Below, piece by piece: positions 1 to 8,941 of a DNA stretch of 27,479 nucleotides. The position numbers and the translations under genes were made by a program. Each line of letters begins with the position of its first letter. Positions within the stretch are counted from its first letter, which is position 1. The notes below the pieces were generated by a model. It was not told the DNA's origin. It was given only the letters and a program-made list of their open reading frames with translations, and ran no database searches. Where the stretch lies: NCBI GenBank assembly GCA_046075565.1, contig JBJTQJ010000078.1:1-27479 (forward strand), written 5' to 3'. The stretch comes from Verrucomicrobiales bacterium (GTDB lineage Bacteria; Verrucomicrobiota; Verrucomicrobiia; Verrucomicrobiales; SLCJ01).

Positions 1-108
1 GAACTTTTCGCCTACATCGATTCCTACTACAACATCCACCGCAAACACTCCGCCCTCGACTACCAAACCCCGTCCCAATTCGAAGCCGGCATCCTCACCC
101 AAAACTAA
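1..108 (+). CDS. IS3-family transposase (OrfB), C-terminal fragment truncated by window edge
   Basis: Frame 1 reads ELFAYIDSYYNIHRKHSALDYQTPSQFEAGILTQN*. This matches the IS3-family C-terminal signature YI..YYN..R.HS.L.Y.TP..FE. It is not in the ORF track. Confidence 0.9.
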   Translation, partial: ELFAYIDSYYNIHRKHSALDYQTPSQFEAGILTQN

Positions 109-141
109 ACAAATAACGGTCCAGAAATCCGTTGCATCTCA
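1..141 (+). mobile_element. Right end of an IS3-family insertion sequence; terminal inverted repeat about 117-141
   Basis: After the transposase stop comes CGGTCCAGAAATCCGTTGCATCTCA. Its reverse complement TGAGATGCAACGGATTTCTGGAC has the 5'-TG...CA-3' end typical of IS3. The left IR and target duplication lie outside the window. Confidence 0.75.
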
Positions 142-167
142 TGCTCTTTTGTCCTAATCCTCTGAAT

Positions 168-196
168 ATCCGTGATAATCCGTGACATCCGTGGTT
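168..196. repeat. Three tandem ATCCGTG units (9-10 nt period)
   Basis: ATCCGTG at 168, 178 and 187, followed by GTT; a degenerate ATCCTCTG lies at 157. Confidence 0.8.
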
Positions 197-247
197 TGCA
201 TGTTCCCTTTAAGGCTTATTCCTGATGCGACCCACCTTGCCACCAAA

Positions 248-988
248 ATGAGCCAATTTGTGAAATCGCTAGCATTTCTAGTGTGCCTGTCATGCTCTGG
301 TGTTTGCACCGGGCAGGAGAATTCCGCCCCAGCGGATCCTGCGCATCTGCTTGCGGAAAAACGGCGTGCCTATCCGACTCTGGTGGCATCCATCGAAAGA
401 TCTCGCGAAAAATTCGCCCAGCGGTGGGCGACGTCAGATGCCGGCCAGCAAGCCGCCATTATCCTCGAGGCTAGGACCTTCATGGAGAAATCAATCATCG
501 AAGATTTATTCCCGTGCTGGATCGGCACACCATGGGACTTCAATGGCGTGAGCCAGAAGCCGGGCGAAGGAGCGATTGCGTGTGGCTATTTCGTCAGCAC
601 CCTGCTGCGCGACGCGGGCTTCAGGGTCGAACGCGCCAAATTGGGCCAGCAAGCCTCCCAAATCATCATTAAGACCATGACCGCCGATGAACAGATCAAA
701 ATCACCTCGAACTCATCCATGGAGAATATGGTTCAGGTTTTCAATAACCGGGGTGATGGTCTCTATATCGTCGGCCTCGACAGCCACGCCGGATTCGTGG
801 TTGTGAAAGGTGACGCGATGACCTTCGTCCACTCTTCCTACTACACACCCCCTCGCGCGGTCTGTTCCGAGCCGATTCAGGGCAAAAATCCCTTCGCCGA
901 TTCCGCCTACCGGGTCATCGGCAAAATCCCCGGTGACGAAGCGGTCAGACGTTGGATCAAGGGCGAGGCGATCCAAGTCAGAAAATGA
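248..988 (+). CDS. Secreted NlpC/P60-like (papain-fold) cysteine hydrolase, putative
   Basis: Start taken at ATG 248 (GTG 260 is possible), followed by a signal-like N-terminus. Motifs WIGTPWDFNG, IACGYFV (Cys codon 581), SHAGFVV (His codon 785) and FVHSS (His codon 830) are in NlpC/P60 order. Confidence 0.6.
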   Translation: MSQFVKSLAFLVCLSCSGVCTGQENSAPADPAHLLAEKRRAYPTLVASIERSREKFAQRWATSDAGQQAAIILEARTFMEKSIIEDLFPCWIGTPWDFNGVSQKPGEGAIACGYFVSTLLRDAGFRVERAKLGQQASQIIIKTMTADEQIKITSNSSMENMVQVFNNRGDGLYIVGLDSHAGFVVVKGDAMTFVHSSYYTPPRAVCSEPIQGKNPFADSAYRVIGKIPGDEAVRRWIKGEAIQVRK

Positions 989-1078
989 CACCGCCCGGAA
1001 GCCAGTTTGGCCCAGCCACAATCCCCATTGCTCGTGTGTCCCCCGAAAGAATCTCAAGGCTGGCATCGTAGCGGGCCC

Positions 1079-3949
1079 ATGCCTTTATTTTCCTCGTTTC
1101 GCAACCGTCTCTACGCCACTGTTTCCGCAGTCCTGTTACTCTCCCCCGTCACTGCGCAAGAGAAGCCGGCCATTGAACCCGGCTTACCCTTCCGAGACAA
1201 CGCCATCCTTCAGCGTGAAATGCCCGTCCCTGTCTGGGGTTGGAGCAAACCGGGCAGCACCATCACCGTCACCTTCGCCGGACAAAAAGAAACCGCCACC
1301 GCTGGCGCCGATGGCAAGTGGGTGCTCAAACTCAAGCCCCTCGCAGCCAGCGCCGAACCCGCTGAAATGTTGATTCAGGAATCAGGGAAAACCGTCGCGC
1401 TGAAAAACATCCTTGTCGGCGAAGTCTGGCATGCCTCCGGTCAATCGAACATGGAGTGGTTCGCCAACAAGTCGATGGTCGGCGATCTCGCCAAAACGAT
1501 TGCTAAGGCCGAGACCGAGCTTCCCATCCGCGAACTGCGCACCGATACCGTTTCGGCCCTCTACCCTCAAGAACGAGGATCCTCCGAAGCCGGATGGAAA
1601 ACCAGCCGCATGGCCGACGGATTCTCCGCGCTCGCCCTGGCATTCGCCAACGAACTCCACAAGGAATTGAAAGTGCCCATCGGCATTCTTCTCACCTCCC
1701 ACAGCAACACCCGGATTGAGGCCTTCACCGAACGCAAAGCCATCGAAGCGCATCCCGATCTGAAAATTGACAAGGACCTTATCCACAATGGTGATGTGGG
1801 CACCGAACAGGGCCGCGCCGCCCTCGAGAAATACTATGAGGATTTGCTAGCCTGGCAGAAAGCCTCTGCCGCCATCGGTTTCCCGACGGATAAACCCCTC
1901 AGGCGTCCCAATTTGCCCGGTATCGCCGGCGAATGGCGAGGCCCTTCCCAGTTCTACAACGGGAAAATTTCTCCTGTGGTTCCCTATGCCATCCGCGGTT
2001 CGCTGTGGTGCCAGGGCGAATCCAATGAGGGTGATGGAAAGCTCTACGCAGCTCGCCTTGAAGCACTCGTTCGTGGTTGGCGCCAAGCATGGGGTATGCC
2101 GGAGATGCCTTTCTACTTCACTCAAATGCAGTCCTATGGCGCGACGGATCCGGAGGCGCTAGGCATGGCCGAAGTTCGTCAAGCGCAGCTCGACTTCTTT
2201 CTCAGGAACCGAGAAAACGTCGGTATGGTGGTGCAGCTTGAGTTCGGTGGTGGCATCCATTATTACAGCAAGCTCCATCCTGGCATGCGGCTCGCCCGCT
2301 GGGCACTCGCCAAGCAATATGGCCGCGACATCCCATTCACCGGACCAATCTTCGAGAAAGCGACCATCTCCGTGGACAAAGCCATCGTCTCCTTCGAAAA
2401 AGCTAGTCTCTCGGGCGGATTGATGGTTGGTGGCAAGGGAACCGAAAAGGATTTCAGAGATCCGGAAAAATACTATGAGCCAGCTCGCCCCACACCCGGC
2501 GCGAAGCTCAACGATTTCCGACTCTGCGGCAAGGATCGCAAGTGGCATGCCGCCGAGGCGGAAATCGTTGGTGACACGGTGGTCGTGACTTCCAAGGATG
2601 TGCCCGAGCCAATCGGCGTGCAATACGCCCACTTTGCCTCGCCACTCAATGCAAACCTCTACAACAAAGCAGGCCTTCCAGCGACTCCGTTTTCGGTTTT
2701 CGAGGGCAAGTTGAGCTTTGATGAAGACAATCCCGAAAAGGCCGCTGCGAAATTGGCTCGTCTGGCCGCCGCCAACGACCCGGACCGCCCTGTCTTCAAT
2801 CTTGGGGCGATCTTCCGTGATGGCGCCATCATCCAGCGGGACCAGCCGATTCCCGTATGGGGATTTGCCAACAAAGGCGTGGAAGTGACCGCGACGCTCG
2901 GTGGTGTCACCCAAACAGCCGTGGCCAACGAAAAGCAGGAATGGTCGGTTTCCTTCCCGGCCCTGAAAGCATCGGCGCAGCCGATCACTCTCGAGGTCAA
3001 ATCCAGTCATGGCAGCAAAGCCACGGTGGAGGATATCCTCGTGGGAGATGTTTGGTTTCTTACAGGCAGCACGCTTCTGACCACCGAGCGTACTTACGAC
3101 AAGCGGATACCGAATGCCGTAGTTCCGGAGGCCATGCCACTTGTTCGCGAGTTCCGGCGGCGGACTGCAGCCAGTGCCAGTGCCCTGCCAAGGAAGCGCG
3201 GTTTTGAGACGGGAGGCGATCGGAAATATCGATCCATCTGGCAGACCGCCGACTTCAAAGACCCTGATGACAATGTCGGCATGTTTGCCTATGAGTTCGC
3301 GAAAGCACTCAACCGCCCCGGAATTCCGCAGGGTTTTGTGACCATGTCATCCGGAGACAAGAACAACATGGCTTCGCCGCTCTCATGGACCTCGTTCGCC
3401 GGAGTCAAGGACCTTGCGAATCCGGCGTTCCGGGCTCGACTTGATTCGTTTCTACTGCAGAATCCCAACTCCGAAGTATCCGAAAAAGCCATCGCCGGCT
3501 TCCTGAAGGCCGTGAAGGCCGAGGTGGCGAAGATCGCAGAAGTGTCCGCCAAAGGGGCGAATATGGCCGGGGCACCGCTGCAGTTCTCCGGATTTCCTGA
3601 GCCCGGCCGCGGGGATGAGGTAAAACCCGACACGGTGCCCACCCTTGCCCACAACTGGTGCGTGAGCCCGCTCACCCCCATGGGAGTGGCAGGTGTGATC
3701 TGGGTGCCCGGCGAAGTCAATATCGGCTACACCCCCGCGGACTACTCGGTCGAGTTGGAAATCTACGCCCGCAGTCTGGCCTCAACCTATGGCCAGGAGA
3801 AAGTTCCCTTCCTCTTCGCCCAACCTACGGCCGCCTTGATGCCTGGCATCACCCCCGCCAATATCCCCAGTGGGAAGTCCGTGGAGCTCAGCACATGGCC
3901 GAAAAGCCTCAAAGAGGTTGCCAATCAACTTGGTGTTGCCGCAAAATAG
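1079..3949 (+). CDS. Secreted sialate O-acetylesterase-like (SGNH/SASA) protein with two tandem esterase units, the second degenerate
   Basis: ATG 1079 gives a signal peptide ending VTA-QE. Unit 1: FRDNAILQR..PVWG, GEVWHASGQSNME, WCQGESN, IHYYSK, NLYNKAGLPATPF. Unit 2 starts near 2810 (FRDGAIIQRDQPIPVWG). Confidence 0.85.
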   Translation: MPLFSSFRNRLYATVSAVLLLSPVTAQEKPAIEPGLPFRDNAILQREMPVPVWGWSKPGSTITVTFAGQKETATAGADGKWVLKLKPLAASAEPAEMLIQESGKTVALKNILVGEVWHASGQSNMEWFANKSMVGDLAKTIAKAETELPIRELRTDTVSALYPQERGSSEAGWKTSRMADGFSALALAFANELHKELKVPIGILLTSHSNTRIEAFTERKAIEAHPDLKIDKDLIHNGDVGTEQGRAALEKYYEDLLAWQKASAAIGFPTDKPLRRPNLPGIAGEWRGPSQFYNGKISPVVPYAIRGSLWCQGESNEGDGKLYAARLEALVRGWRQAWGMPEMPFYFTQMQSYGATDPEALGMAEVRQAQLDFFLRNRENVGMVVQLEFGGGIHYYSKLHPGMRLARWALAKQYGRDIPFTGPIFEKATISVDKAIVSFEKASLSGGLMVGGKGTEKDFRDPEKYYEPARPTPGAKLNDFRLCGKDRKWHAAEAEIVGDTVVVTSKDVPEPIGVQYAHFASPLNANLYNKAGLPATPFSVFEGKLSFDEDNPEKAAAKLARLAAANDPDRPVFNLGAIFRDGAIIQRDQPIPVWGFANKGVEVTATLGGVTQTAVANEKQEWSVSFPALKASAQPITLEVKSSHGSKATVEDILVGDVWFLTGSTLLTTERTYDKRIPNAVVPEAMPLVREFRRRTAASASALPRKRGFETGGDRKYRSIWQTADFKDPDDNVGMFAYEFAKALNRPGIPQGFVTMSSGDKNNMASPLSWTSFAGVKDLANPAFRARLDSFLLQNPNSEVSEKAIAGFLKAVKAEVAKIAEVSAKGANMAGAPLQFSGFPEPGRGDEVKPDTVPTLAHNWCVSPLTPMGVAGVIWVPGEVNIGYTPADYSVELEIYARSLASTYGQEKVPFLFAQPTAALMPGITPANIPSGKSVELSTWPKSLKEVANQLGVAAK

Positions 3950-3990
3950 CAGAAGCACCAAGTCCCATGCCGTTTTACAATCGAGAAACG

Positions 3991-6900
3991 ATGAAACGAC
4001 ACGCTGCCATCTTTCTCACCCTCGGCCTATTGGGAACTCATATCCCTGCCGGCTCCGGTGGCGGCGATGCTGCGGGCTACTACACGGAACGACCCCTCTA
4101 TCAGTCCCGCCCGAATCCCGACCGCGAGAAATTCTTCGGTGTCATCGGCACCACCGGTCTGAAGCCGCGAATCTACCCCGGCGTTGTCCTGACCGTCGAG
4201 GAGATGGTTCCCGGTTCGCCCGCCGATGGGAAATTCACCAAAGGCGAAATCATCACCGGGATCAATGGAACGACCCTGAAAGGTATCAATCCCTTCGTTG
4301 CCATGGGCGACGCCCTCACCAAAGCCGAGGCCAATGACGGCAAGATGACATTCGATGTGACCTCCGTTGATGGCAAGACACAGCGCAAGGAGACGGTCAG
4401 CATTCCGGTGCTCGGTGCTTACAGCAAAACTTGGCCACTTGATTGCCCGAAATCGAAACGTATTATCGATGAGGCCGCTGCCTTTTATTCTGATCCCGGC
4501 AAGTTCAAACAAGACGGAATTCCCGGAGCCCTCGCCTGCTTGTTCTTGCTCTCAACCGGCGATGACAAATACCTGCCCATGGTGAAAGCCTACTTTGATG
4601 GCTTTCCAAAGGACGTCAAAGCAATCGGTGACCACACCTGGAACAACGGCTACAATGGCATCGCCTGCGCAGAGTATTACCTGCGCACCGGGGACGAGTC
4701 GGTTTTGCCCATCCTGCAACATTACTGCGACGACGCTAAAGCCCGTCAAAAATTCGGTGTCGGGTGGACGCATTGGAGCAATGAAATCCATCCCGGCTAT
4801 GTATCCGGTGCTTTGATGAACCCGGCCGGCTCACAGGTTCTCACCACACTTCTCTTGGCCAAAGAATGTGGACTGAATGTGGATGAGCAGACCTTGCTTG
4901 GAGCGCTCCGCTACTTTTACCGCTTCGCGGGGCACGGTGGGGTCGCCTACGGCAATCACCGCGCCGAAGGAGGTTTTGGATCCAATGGCAAGGATGGCAT
5001 GGTCGCCGCCGCCATGCATATTGCAGCAACCGGTTCGCAAGGCGATACGACGATCTACAAGTTGGCCTCAAAGTGCCAGGCCATGTCGATGATGGATGGT
5101 TACGCCTCCCTCGCCACGGGGCATGGCGATGAGGGCCGAGGCGATGGTATCTGGCGCAGCATCGTGAATTCCTATCTGACGAAGGACAAACCTGCGCTCT
5201 ACCGCGAGGGGATGGATCGGCTCACTTGGTGGCACGACCTGAGCCGCGAACACGGTGGCAGCATCGGCATCGCCACGTTGGACTTCTACGGAAGCGCGGT
5301 AGGATCGTCCGGCCCCGGAATTGGCCTGTCCTACACGGCACCTTTGCAAACCTTGCGCATTACCGGTGCTCCCCCGACAAAGTTTTCCCGGAAATACTCC
5401 CTGCCAGAAAATCTCTGGGGCACCAAAGCCGATTTGGCGTTCTTCTCGATCGACCACCATCCAAAGTTCTTCGATTACGGACCGGATGAGCCGGCCCATT
5501 TGCCCTTCATCGTATTGGGGGATGCCTATCAAAAACCCGAAAAAGACCTCAAGACCGTCCCTCGGGAAATTCTCCTGAAGAACATCCATCACCGAAGTTA
5601 TATGCTGCGAACACAAGCCGCCAAGGCACTTCGCAAAGTTGGTGCGCTCGATGAACTGGAGAAGTTCTTAAGCGATCCTGATCCGCGCTTGCGGCGTGCC
5701 GCACTCGACGGATTGATTGATTGGAATTACTGGTTCGCCGCTGGAGATGAGCCGATCACCCCCGAACAATTCACCCCGGGTATGGTGTCAGCGATCACCA
5801 AGATTCTTTCCGATCCCAAGGAATCATGGTATGTGGTCGATGGAGCCCTTCTGGCACTCAAATACGCCCCGGCAGAGGCGATTCAGAACAACTACCAGCT
5901 CGTCCAACCCTGGATCAAACACTCGGACTGGTGGCTGCGGGAAGCCACCTTCGCCGCGCTCTCAGGACTTCAGAAGGATGACGAACGATATATCAAGATT
6001 CTTCCCATGCTCCTTGCCATGGCGACGAGCGAAAACAACACACAACCGCGCGAGCGGATGAAAGCCCACTTTGAATCGGTCTTGCAAAGCAAGAAAGCGG
6101 ATAGCGAGGCCGGAAAACTCATCATCGCGGGGATGAAGAAAGCCGTATCCGCGACCGAAATCAAAAGCGGTGTCCGATCCGGGGAAGGGGCCTACAATGT
6201 CATGGAAGCCATCAAGCTCTGCCTACACACCGATCCCACCCTCGCTACTGCACTCGCCATGGCCGTGCAACCTCGTTTCCGAGATTTCAGCACCGACGAT
6301 CTGGTCGGGCTTGTCGGTGCTCCGTCGTCACACCCCGGGGGCAATCCTTTCGGACTCTACACCGTTTTGGAGAAACTGGAGCCAAAGCAACGCGGGGAAC
6401 TCGTGAAAGTGCTTTCGCACACCTATCGCCCCGAACTACTCAAGCGTTTACAGGCGGAGAAAAACACCAAACCGGAACTCCTCAATTCCATCATTGACCT
6501 GACAAAACTGGAGAACCCAAAAGCCGGGTGGAAACCCATCGGCAAAGTGCCTCCGGCAGAGCGAGTCTGGAGGTTCAAATCTTTCAACGCCACCGAGGAA
6601 AAGGACCAACTTCCTACCCGCGAGAGAAGGCGCTTTCGGGACATCACCATGCCGGGTGATCTGAAGGAATGGTTCAAGCCTGAATATGACGATAGCAAAT
6701 GGAGCGCCGGGCCCGCCCCTGTTGGTGTCGGCGTCTTCAGACAAGGCGACGTGACCTTCCCCAACCAATCCGACTGGGGCAAAGGCGAATTCATCGTCAT
6801 GCGCACTACCTTTGATGTCGACACCCTCGACTACGATTCTTACCGTCTCAGCATCCTCTGCCCACAGGGTTTCCGCGTCTACCTGAATGGAAACGAAGTC

Positions 6901-7089
6901 TCGGGCTACGGTTGGTGGCAGGACAAACCGCATTACGCCCCTTGGGATTCGATTGCTGCCCATCATCTGAAAACTGGCGCCAACACCATCGCGGTTTACA
7001 GCAATGTTGCCTACGACGATTCCACCAAAGCCCCCTACGGCCAGCTCGACTGTTTTATCGAAGGCTTAAAACTTTCAGACTTGGAGTGA
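3991..7089 (+). CDS. Secreted DUF6288-like protein: PDZ-like N-terminus, alpha/alpha-toroid core, HEAT-like repeats, C-terminal galactose-binding-like module
   Basis: Start MKRHAAIFLTLGLLG at 3991 (ATG 3967 is an alternative; the track start at 3658 overlaps the upstream gene). PDZ-like PGSPADGKFTKGEIITGING. Core WNNGY..AEYYLRTGDESVLP..Q.FGVGW.H..MNPAG..LLLAKECG. HEAT-like FLSDPDPRLRRAALDGL and HSDWWLREATFAAL. C-terminal WFKPEYDDSKW..GPAPVG..RTTF..VYLNG. Confidence 0.75.
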   Translation: MKRHAAIFLTLGLLGTHIPAGSGGGDAAGYYTERPLYQSRPNPDREKFFGVIGTTGLKPRIYPGVVLTVEEMVPGSPADGKFTKGEIITGINGTTLKGINPFVAMGDALTKAEANDGKMTFDVTSVDGKTQRKETVSIPVLGAYSKTWPLDCPKSKRIIDEAAAFYSDPGKFKQDGIPGALACLFLLSTGDDKYLPMVKAYFDGFPKDVKAIGDHTWNNGYNGIACAEYYLRTGDESVLPILQHYCDDAKARQKFGVGWTHWSNEIHPGYVSGALMNPAGSQVLTTLLLAKECGLNVDEQTLLGALRYFYRFAGHGGVAYGNHRAEGGFGSNGKDGMVAAAMHIAATGSQGDTTIYKLASKCQAMSMMDGYASLATGHGDEGRGDGIWRSIVNSYLTKDKPALYREGMDRLTWWHDLSREHGGSIGIATLDFYGSAVGSSGPGIGLSYTAPLQTLRITGAPPTKFSRKYSLPENLWGTKADLAFFSIDHHPKFFDYGPDEPAHLPFIVLGDAYQKPEKDLKTVPREILLKNIHHRSYMLRTQAAKALRKVGALDELEKFLSDPDPRLRRAALDGLIDWNYWFAAGDEPITPEQFTPGMVSAITKILSDPKESWYVVDGALLALKYAPAEAIQNNYQLVQPWIKHSDWWLREATFAALSGLQKDDERYIKILPMLLAMATSENNTQPRERMKAHFESVLQSKKADSEAGKLIIAGMKKAVSATEIKSGVRSGEGAYNVMEAIKLCLHTDPTLATALAMAVQPRFRDFSTDDLVGLVGAPSSHPGGNPFGLYTVLEKLEPKQRGELVKVLSHTYRPELLKRLQAEKNTKPELLNSIIDLTKLENPKAGWKPIGKVPPAERVWRFKSFNATEEKDQLPTRERRRFRDITMPGDLKEWFKPEYDDSKWSAGPAPVGVGVFRQGDVTFPNQSDWGKGEFIVMRTTFDVDTLDYDSYRLSILCPQGFRVYLNGNEVSGYGWWQDKPHYAPWDSIAAHHLKTGANTIAVYSNVAYDDSTKAPYGQLDCFIEGLKLSDLE

Positions 7090-7116
7090 AAAAACTCATC
7101 GCCCTCCCTAACGACT

Positions 7117-8904
7117 ATGAAAAAGAGAATTATCCTCACCGTAGCCATCCTCTGCGGACTCTCACTATCCTCCTACGCCAAGCCGCTCAAGGTTTTCATC
7201 CTCGCCGGGCAGTCCAACATGGAGGGGCATGCAGAGATCAGCACATTCGATTACATTGGCAAGGATCCGGTCACTGCGCCCTTGCTCAAGCAGATGCGTA
7301 ACAGCGATGGCACGCCCCGGGTTTGCGAGAAAGTCTGGATGTCCTACCTTACCGGTCCTTATGACGGCAGTGCGAATGGCGAGGGGTTGGGAAAACTGAC
7401 CGCTGGTTTCGGCGCCCGTGACAGCAACCCTACGCAGCTCTGCAGCAAGATCGGGCCCGAGTTCACCTTCGGCATCACCATGGAGAAGGAGTTGAAGCAG
7501 CCCATCCTCATCATCAAGGCTGCGTGGGGCGGCAGGTCCCTCAACACCGAGTTCCGACCACCAAGTGCCGGACAATACCAGCTGCCCAAGGAGGTTCAGG
7601 AAGTGTGGGATCAACATCCGCAAGGAGCCCACGGGGTTCCTAATCTCGAAGAACGGAAAAAGTGGCGGACTGAAAAGGATGCCGCCTCAGGCGTTTTTTA
7701 CCGCATGATGATTGAGCATGTGAAAAAGGTCCTTGCAGACCCCAAACGTGTCTGCGCTGACTACAATCCGAAGGACGGCTACGAATTGGCCGGCTTTGTT
7801 TGGTTTCAAGGATTCAATGATCTCGTGGATGGAACCACTTACCCGAATGGAAACTTCGACGAATATTCCAGGCTCCTGGCACACTTTATCCGTGATGTGC
7901 GCAAAGATCTGTCCGCCCCGAAGATGCCATTCGTCATTGGTGTTTTGGGTGTGGGAGGAGACGCGGACAATGTAAATTTCCGCAAGGCGATGGCGGCCCC
8001 TGCATCCCTGCCCGAGTTCAAGGCGAATGTGACAGCGGTCGAGACCGCACCATTTTGGGATAAAGCCATTGAAGCCGCTTTGCCCAAAAAGGGCGAATAT
8101 GACAGCATCGTCGGCACGTCCCGCACGTTGAAACCAGATGGCAGCATCGATACGGAACGGAAGTGGGATCAATTTTGGAAGCGGATCGGAAATATCCCTC
8201 CAGCAGAACAGACCTGGCGATTCACTACGGTGGACGCCACCGAAAGCAAGGACAAGTTGACTGAATTCACCGACCGGCGCTTCCGGGATATTACACTTCC
8301 GGCGGGAATAGAGAATTGGTTCATGCCAGATTGCGATGAGAGCAACTGGAGCAGTGGCAAGGCCCCCATCGGCAAAGGCGTGTGGAACCACAGCGGAATC
8401 ACCTTGGACAAATTCCCCTCCACATGGGGGAAGGAAGAATTCCTTCTCATGCGCACCACGTTTGAAGTGGAGAACCTGAATTACGAATCCTTCCGCATTG
8501 CGATATTGGCGAGACAAGGGTTCCACATCTATTTGAATGGCCAAAAGATCCACACTTACATCTGGTGGTCGGACAAGCCGCAGTATGGCAGTATCGTCCT
8601 CGATCAAGATCAGCTGAAACACCTGAAGAAGGGGAAGAACCTCCTGGCTCTCTATGCCAACGACCAATATGGCAAAGACTGCCCGGAACGGTATGCCGCC
8701 CTCGACGCCTGGATTGAGGGAATCACCAAGGCTGACCAGAAGAGAATGGACCTTGCCTTGGAAGAAGTCCTTCCACCAAAGGACAGAGAAGCACTTAAAG
8801 GCGCGTCCAACGCGGGATACCACTATTTCGGCAGCGCTAAGTTCTTTGCCCAAATCGGTAAGGCATTCGCGGAAGCCAATCTCAAGATGCTTAACGCCCG
8901 CTGA
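7117..8904 (+). CDS. Secreted SASA-family (SGNH) carbohydrate O-acetylesterase with an inserted beta-sandwich-like module
   Basis: Signal peptide ending SYA-KP. Motifs KVFILAGQSNMEG, IGPEFTFG, IIKAAWGGRSL, FVWFQGFND and C-terminal GYHYFG. Confidence 0.88.
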   Translation: MKKRIILTVAILCGLSLSSYAKPLKVFILAGQSNMEGHAEISTFDYIGKDPVTAPLLKQMRNSDGTPRVCEKVWMSYLTGPYDGSANGEGLGKLTAGFGARDSNPTQLCSKIGPEFTFGITMEKELKQPILIIKAAWGGRSLNTEFRPPSAGQYQLPKEVQEVWDQHPQGAHGVPNLEERKKWRTEKDAASGVFYRMMIEHVKKVLADPKRVCADYNPKDGYELAGFVWFQGFNDLVDGTTYPNGNFDEYSRLLAHFIRDVRKDLSAPKMPFVIGVLGVGGDADNVNFRKAMAAPASLPEFKANVTAVETAPFWDKAIEAALPKKGEYDSIVGTSRTLKPDGSIDTERKWDQFWKRIGNIPPAEQTWRFTTVDATESKDKLTEFTDRRFRDITLPAGIENWFMPDCDESNWSSGKAPIGKGVWNHSGITLDKFPSTWGKEEFLLMRTTFEVENLNYESFRIAILARQGFHIYLNGQKIHTYIWWSDKPQYGSIVLDQDQLKHLKKGKNLLALYANDQYGKDCPERYAALDAWIEGITKADQKRMDLALEEVLPPKDREALKGASNAGYHYFGSAKFFAQIGKAFAEANLKMLNAR

Positions 8905-8941
8905 GTCTTTACACGGCGAAACTTCCAAACGAGCAAATACC

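Noticed and set aside
3658-3990. N-terminal extension of the 1143-aa ORF, suggesting overlap or a frameshift fusion with the upstream esterase
   Set aside because: The upstream gene ends at a normal stop (3949) and a signal peptide starts at 3991; no slippery site was seen. The track's longer starts for the 988-, 3949- and 10090-ending ORFs and for nuoL/I/H/G/D were trimmed likewise.
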